Positions 60,971-64,000 of a stretch of DNA of 64,000 nt are shown here, piece after piece. Made by a program: the position numbers and the translations under genes. Source of the DNA: Lama glama (Eukaryota); contig CM052816.1 in NCBI GenBank assembly GCA_028534125.1, forward strand, positions 4,652,001 to 4,716,000, given 5' to 3'. The notes below the pieces were generated by a model. That model did not search any database, was not told the DNA's origin, and was given only the letters and a program-made list of their open reading frames with translations. Within the stretch, counting starts at the first letter, position 1; the number at the start of each line of letters is the position of its first letter.

Positions 60971-62684
60971 AACTAATAGTGTGCCTTCATCTTCCAACTA
61001 CTGTGTGACTGAGGCTTATGTAGATATTGTTTTGTTGTCTAAATAATAATCTTTGAGAAGGACAGACTTTACTGTCTGCCACTTGCAACTCACCACCCAC
61101 AAATATGCTTTTGATTTTAATCCAGGAGTATGAGTGTGTTTCCATACTGTGTGCTGGCCTCTCTCCACCCATACTAAAGGCAAATTTCTTTGCTTGTCTG
61201 AGTCTTAAGTAGGCAGCCTGGGTGGCTGGAACCCACTGCCATGGTTCCTGTCTTCCTCACGTGGGATTATCTCCATGCCTGCCCACAAGCAGCTCAAAAG
61301 AAGAGTCAGTATTGAAAAGACTTGCCTATCTTGGGAGACACGTGGGGAAAAGACGGGGATTGAGAGAAACGTAATGAAGAAACAGAAAGGAAGAGAGCTT
61401 AATGAACGGTCACTGTACATAGAACCACAAAACTGCACAACCGCAAGACGGATGGCCCTGTCCACGCAGTCTGTGGACAGGCAGGAATTGCACCTGAACT
61501 TCCATCAGCTGTTTACTTCCCCACCTACTTCATTCTGCAGAAGGCTAAATGTAGAGAGTGGCCTATTTAAAAGCTGAGTGTTTTCAAACCCCCATGTAAA
61601 GAACTTCTAAATGGGTCACCACGTTCCTCTTTCCTCACCCAGATATACATACATAATAAGTCAACATTCCCCATGCAAATGACTCTATATTGCTGTTTCG
61701 GTGTTTACTGATCCCTGTCAGCCAACTGTGCTCAAACCACTAGCAACAGTCATTCCCCAAATGACAAACGGGCTCCATCGGAGCAGGTTTTCTGTGTCTC
61801 CTGATGCCCCAGGATCTAGCACAGGGCCTGGCACACAGCAGGCATTCACGGAAATGTCTTCAGATAAAACTGAATGACTGCAGGATTTTAGAAAGTGCTA
61901 GAACAGTGTAACTGTGTCAGAGAGAGAAGAGGGAAAGATGGAGGCAGCTCCAAGAGGAAGGCCAGGCACGGTCGCACCACCGGACTGCTTCTCGGATCCT
62001 GACACTCTGGGGAGAGCTGCTGTCTCAGGAGCTGCTCCTTCCTCCCGGAGCTGGCCTAACACGGCCGCATTGCTAATTCGAGCTGTCAATGAGCACTAAC
62101 ACAGGCATTTCAACTCCAGGTGTGTCTGCCCGTACCAAGACATGCTTAGCAATGAGAGGAAGTACGTTTCCCAGTCTTCTCCGGAGAGGGCACAGGCCGA
62201 GGGGTGGCTCCCGCCGGACTCCATCCCTTCCCACCCACAGGTCACAAACCTGAAAGGATGGGATAAAAGACAACGCTACCTCTTCCTGCCAGGCGGCACC
62301 TTAGTTCTTGCTGGGTGTCTGAGAGACTTAGAAATAGTTTCTAGTCCCTGTTTTGAGCCTCCACAAGAATGTCGCTGAGGGTAAAATATTCATCTCTGCA
62401 GAAAGCAAGGCGGCAAGGTGAATTCTTTCCTGCTGCAGCACAACATCTTATTTTATTCTCTTTGGTACAGTAAAGGCGAAGTGCCGCCCCCGTCACACCC
62501 TGCCAGCACCACCTCCACCCCCCAGAGAAATTTTAGGGAGAGTCATACCACAAAATCCTTCCTGACGCCTGATACTTCTTAATCCTCCAAATCAGGAGAT
62601 TCCACCCCAAGTAAATTCAAAACACATTTTCTGAGTCCAAGAGCTAAGATCTGCAGAATATATGAAGATAAGCCAGGCTGGCCC

Positions 62685-63260
62685 TGTTGGGGCTCAGAGA
62701 GGGCTTCCACGAAATATGCCTCAACAGCATATTGGTTATTTTGAATTACAGTTACCTGAGAAACAGCCAATGGCAAGAGGACACTCTGACCCTCCTTCCT
62801 GTCTCCCTGAAAGCATCAAATAAATCTTTCCTGTGAAAGATTTCCTTCATCTGGAGGTGAAAGGAAACGCTTATCACGAGAGATACAGAATTCAGGCCTC
62901 GAAGCCTGTGTAAACAAACCTTGTTCCTTCCTTAATTTACTCCCCCAAGCCCATATTCTGCTTAGACTCTTCACTAATTGAGCACCCAAAACCTAAGTTT
63001 CTTTGTCCCGTCAATTCCTCACAAAATTTATTAGTTTTGTTTTTTGGGTTTCTCTGTTTGTTTTTATTTGTGTGTGTGTGTGTGTGTAAAAAGTATAAAA
63101 GCTGCTTTGGCCACTCCTTAGGTCCGATTTCTATGAGACCTCCATGTGCATAAAATAAAAATTTTTTTCTCTCCTGTTCATCAGTTTTCCTTCAATTTTG
63201 TCATTAGCCCAACCACAAGAATTCAAGAGGGGCAGAGGGGCAAATTTTCTCCTTCCTGGC
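62685..63260 (+). mobile_element. ERV1 solo LTR (MER34/MER39-like) containing (TG)n at 63070-63087
   Basis: Starts 'tgttggggctcaga', TATAAAA at ~63094, AATAAA at ~63154, ends 'ctccttcctggca'. Confidence 0.75.
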
Positions 63261-63679
63261 AGTTCTTACTCTTAAGGAACTGACAACCTAGCTTGGCATC
63301 TTCATTTGTTTGTTTATTTTTCCACCTAAAAAGAATCGAGGTAGCTTACAAAAATGCAAATGCTGCAATGAGGGAAAATCAAACTTAGAATAAGGTGGAG
63401 AAGAAATCAGGGAAGAAATGAGGACAAGCAGCATAAGGTGAAGAGAGGACTGGAGTTATGAAGTTAGCACCCCAACCTGCAGGCTGGAAAATCCTCCACA
63501 CTTGCCAGGTGTGCTCCCCACCTGGACTGTAAGATCTCTAGCAGACTGGATATATCGTCTAGCCCAGGAGACAAGTCAGGTGTCCAGGTCACGATGAAGA
63601 CAAAAGGTGTGAGCTCTGGGGCCAGATCACCTGGATTTTTAAATCCCAGCTCCCAGGCACGTGATCTAAGGGAAATCAC

Positions 63680-63820
63680 TCCATTTTTCTAAATTGCAGT
63701 TTATATGTAAGCTCAGATTAATAGCACCTTCTCTACAGGGTTATGTGAGAAATAAAAGAATTCATGTATGTAGGAATGTAAAGCACCCATTATATAGTAA
63801 GTGCTCCATAAGTGTTGGCT
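63680..63820 (+). mobile_element. MIR SINE 3' part
   Basis: 'atagcaccttctctacagggttatgtgaga...atgtaaagcacc...atagtaagtgctccataagtgttggct'. Confidence 0.75.
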
Positions 63821-64000
63821 CGTGCAAGAGAGAATATGACAAATGTTGGAACAGAAGTTCGAGTTCATGACTACAACAACAAAGAAGGAAAAGATGGATT
63901 TGGGCTGAGGATAGGGGAGGGGCACAGACTGGGGATCACTTTATCACAGTGGCAGTAACCAAATGAAGTGGAAGAAAGAGCATGGCTGGTAGATGGAAAG

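Noticed and set aside
1..64000. CRISPR arrays, operons, defence systems, rRNA, CpG-island promoter
   Set aside because: Mammalian repeat-rich DNA with no regularly spaced repeat-spacer structure, no gene-dense ORFs and no CpG island seen.

Overview
Mammalian genomic DNA, most likely camelid. The evidence is a Vic-1-like tRNA-derived SINE at 58.3 kb and young artiodactyl/camelid-type L1 3' ends; these are recalled family resemblances, not database hits. The window looks intergenic or deep-intronic. I recognise no intact protein-coding gene, RNA gene, CRISPR array or prokaryote-type system. The only ORFs with recognisable homology are decayed retroelement remnants: L1 ORF2 endonuclease at ~11.3 kb and ERVL gag/pro/RT/RNase H at 17.2-19.6 kb. 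Much of the sequence is old transposon debris (L1M, L2, MIR, CR1/L3, MaLR/ERV solo LTRs, hAT MITEs), and there is a 500-N assembly gap at 13300-13799. Unique sequence includes several TAAT/TGACA-rich blocks resembling conserved developmental enhancers, a tandem octamer plus kB motif cluster, and a few splice-flanked candidate exons of unknown status. Two unusual L1 insertion footprints are directly visible: a 40-nt L1 with a perfect 15-bp TSD, and a tail-less L1 piece with a 16-bp TSD. Repeat boundaries are approximate and subfamily names tentative. I found no convincing novel biological system.
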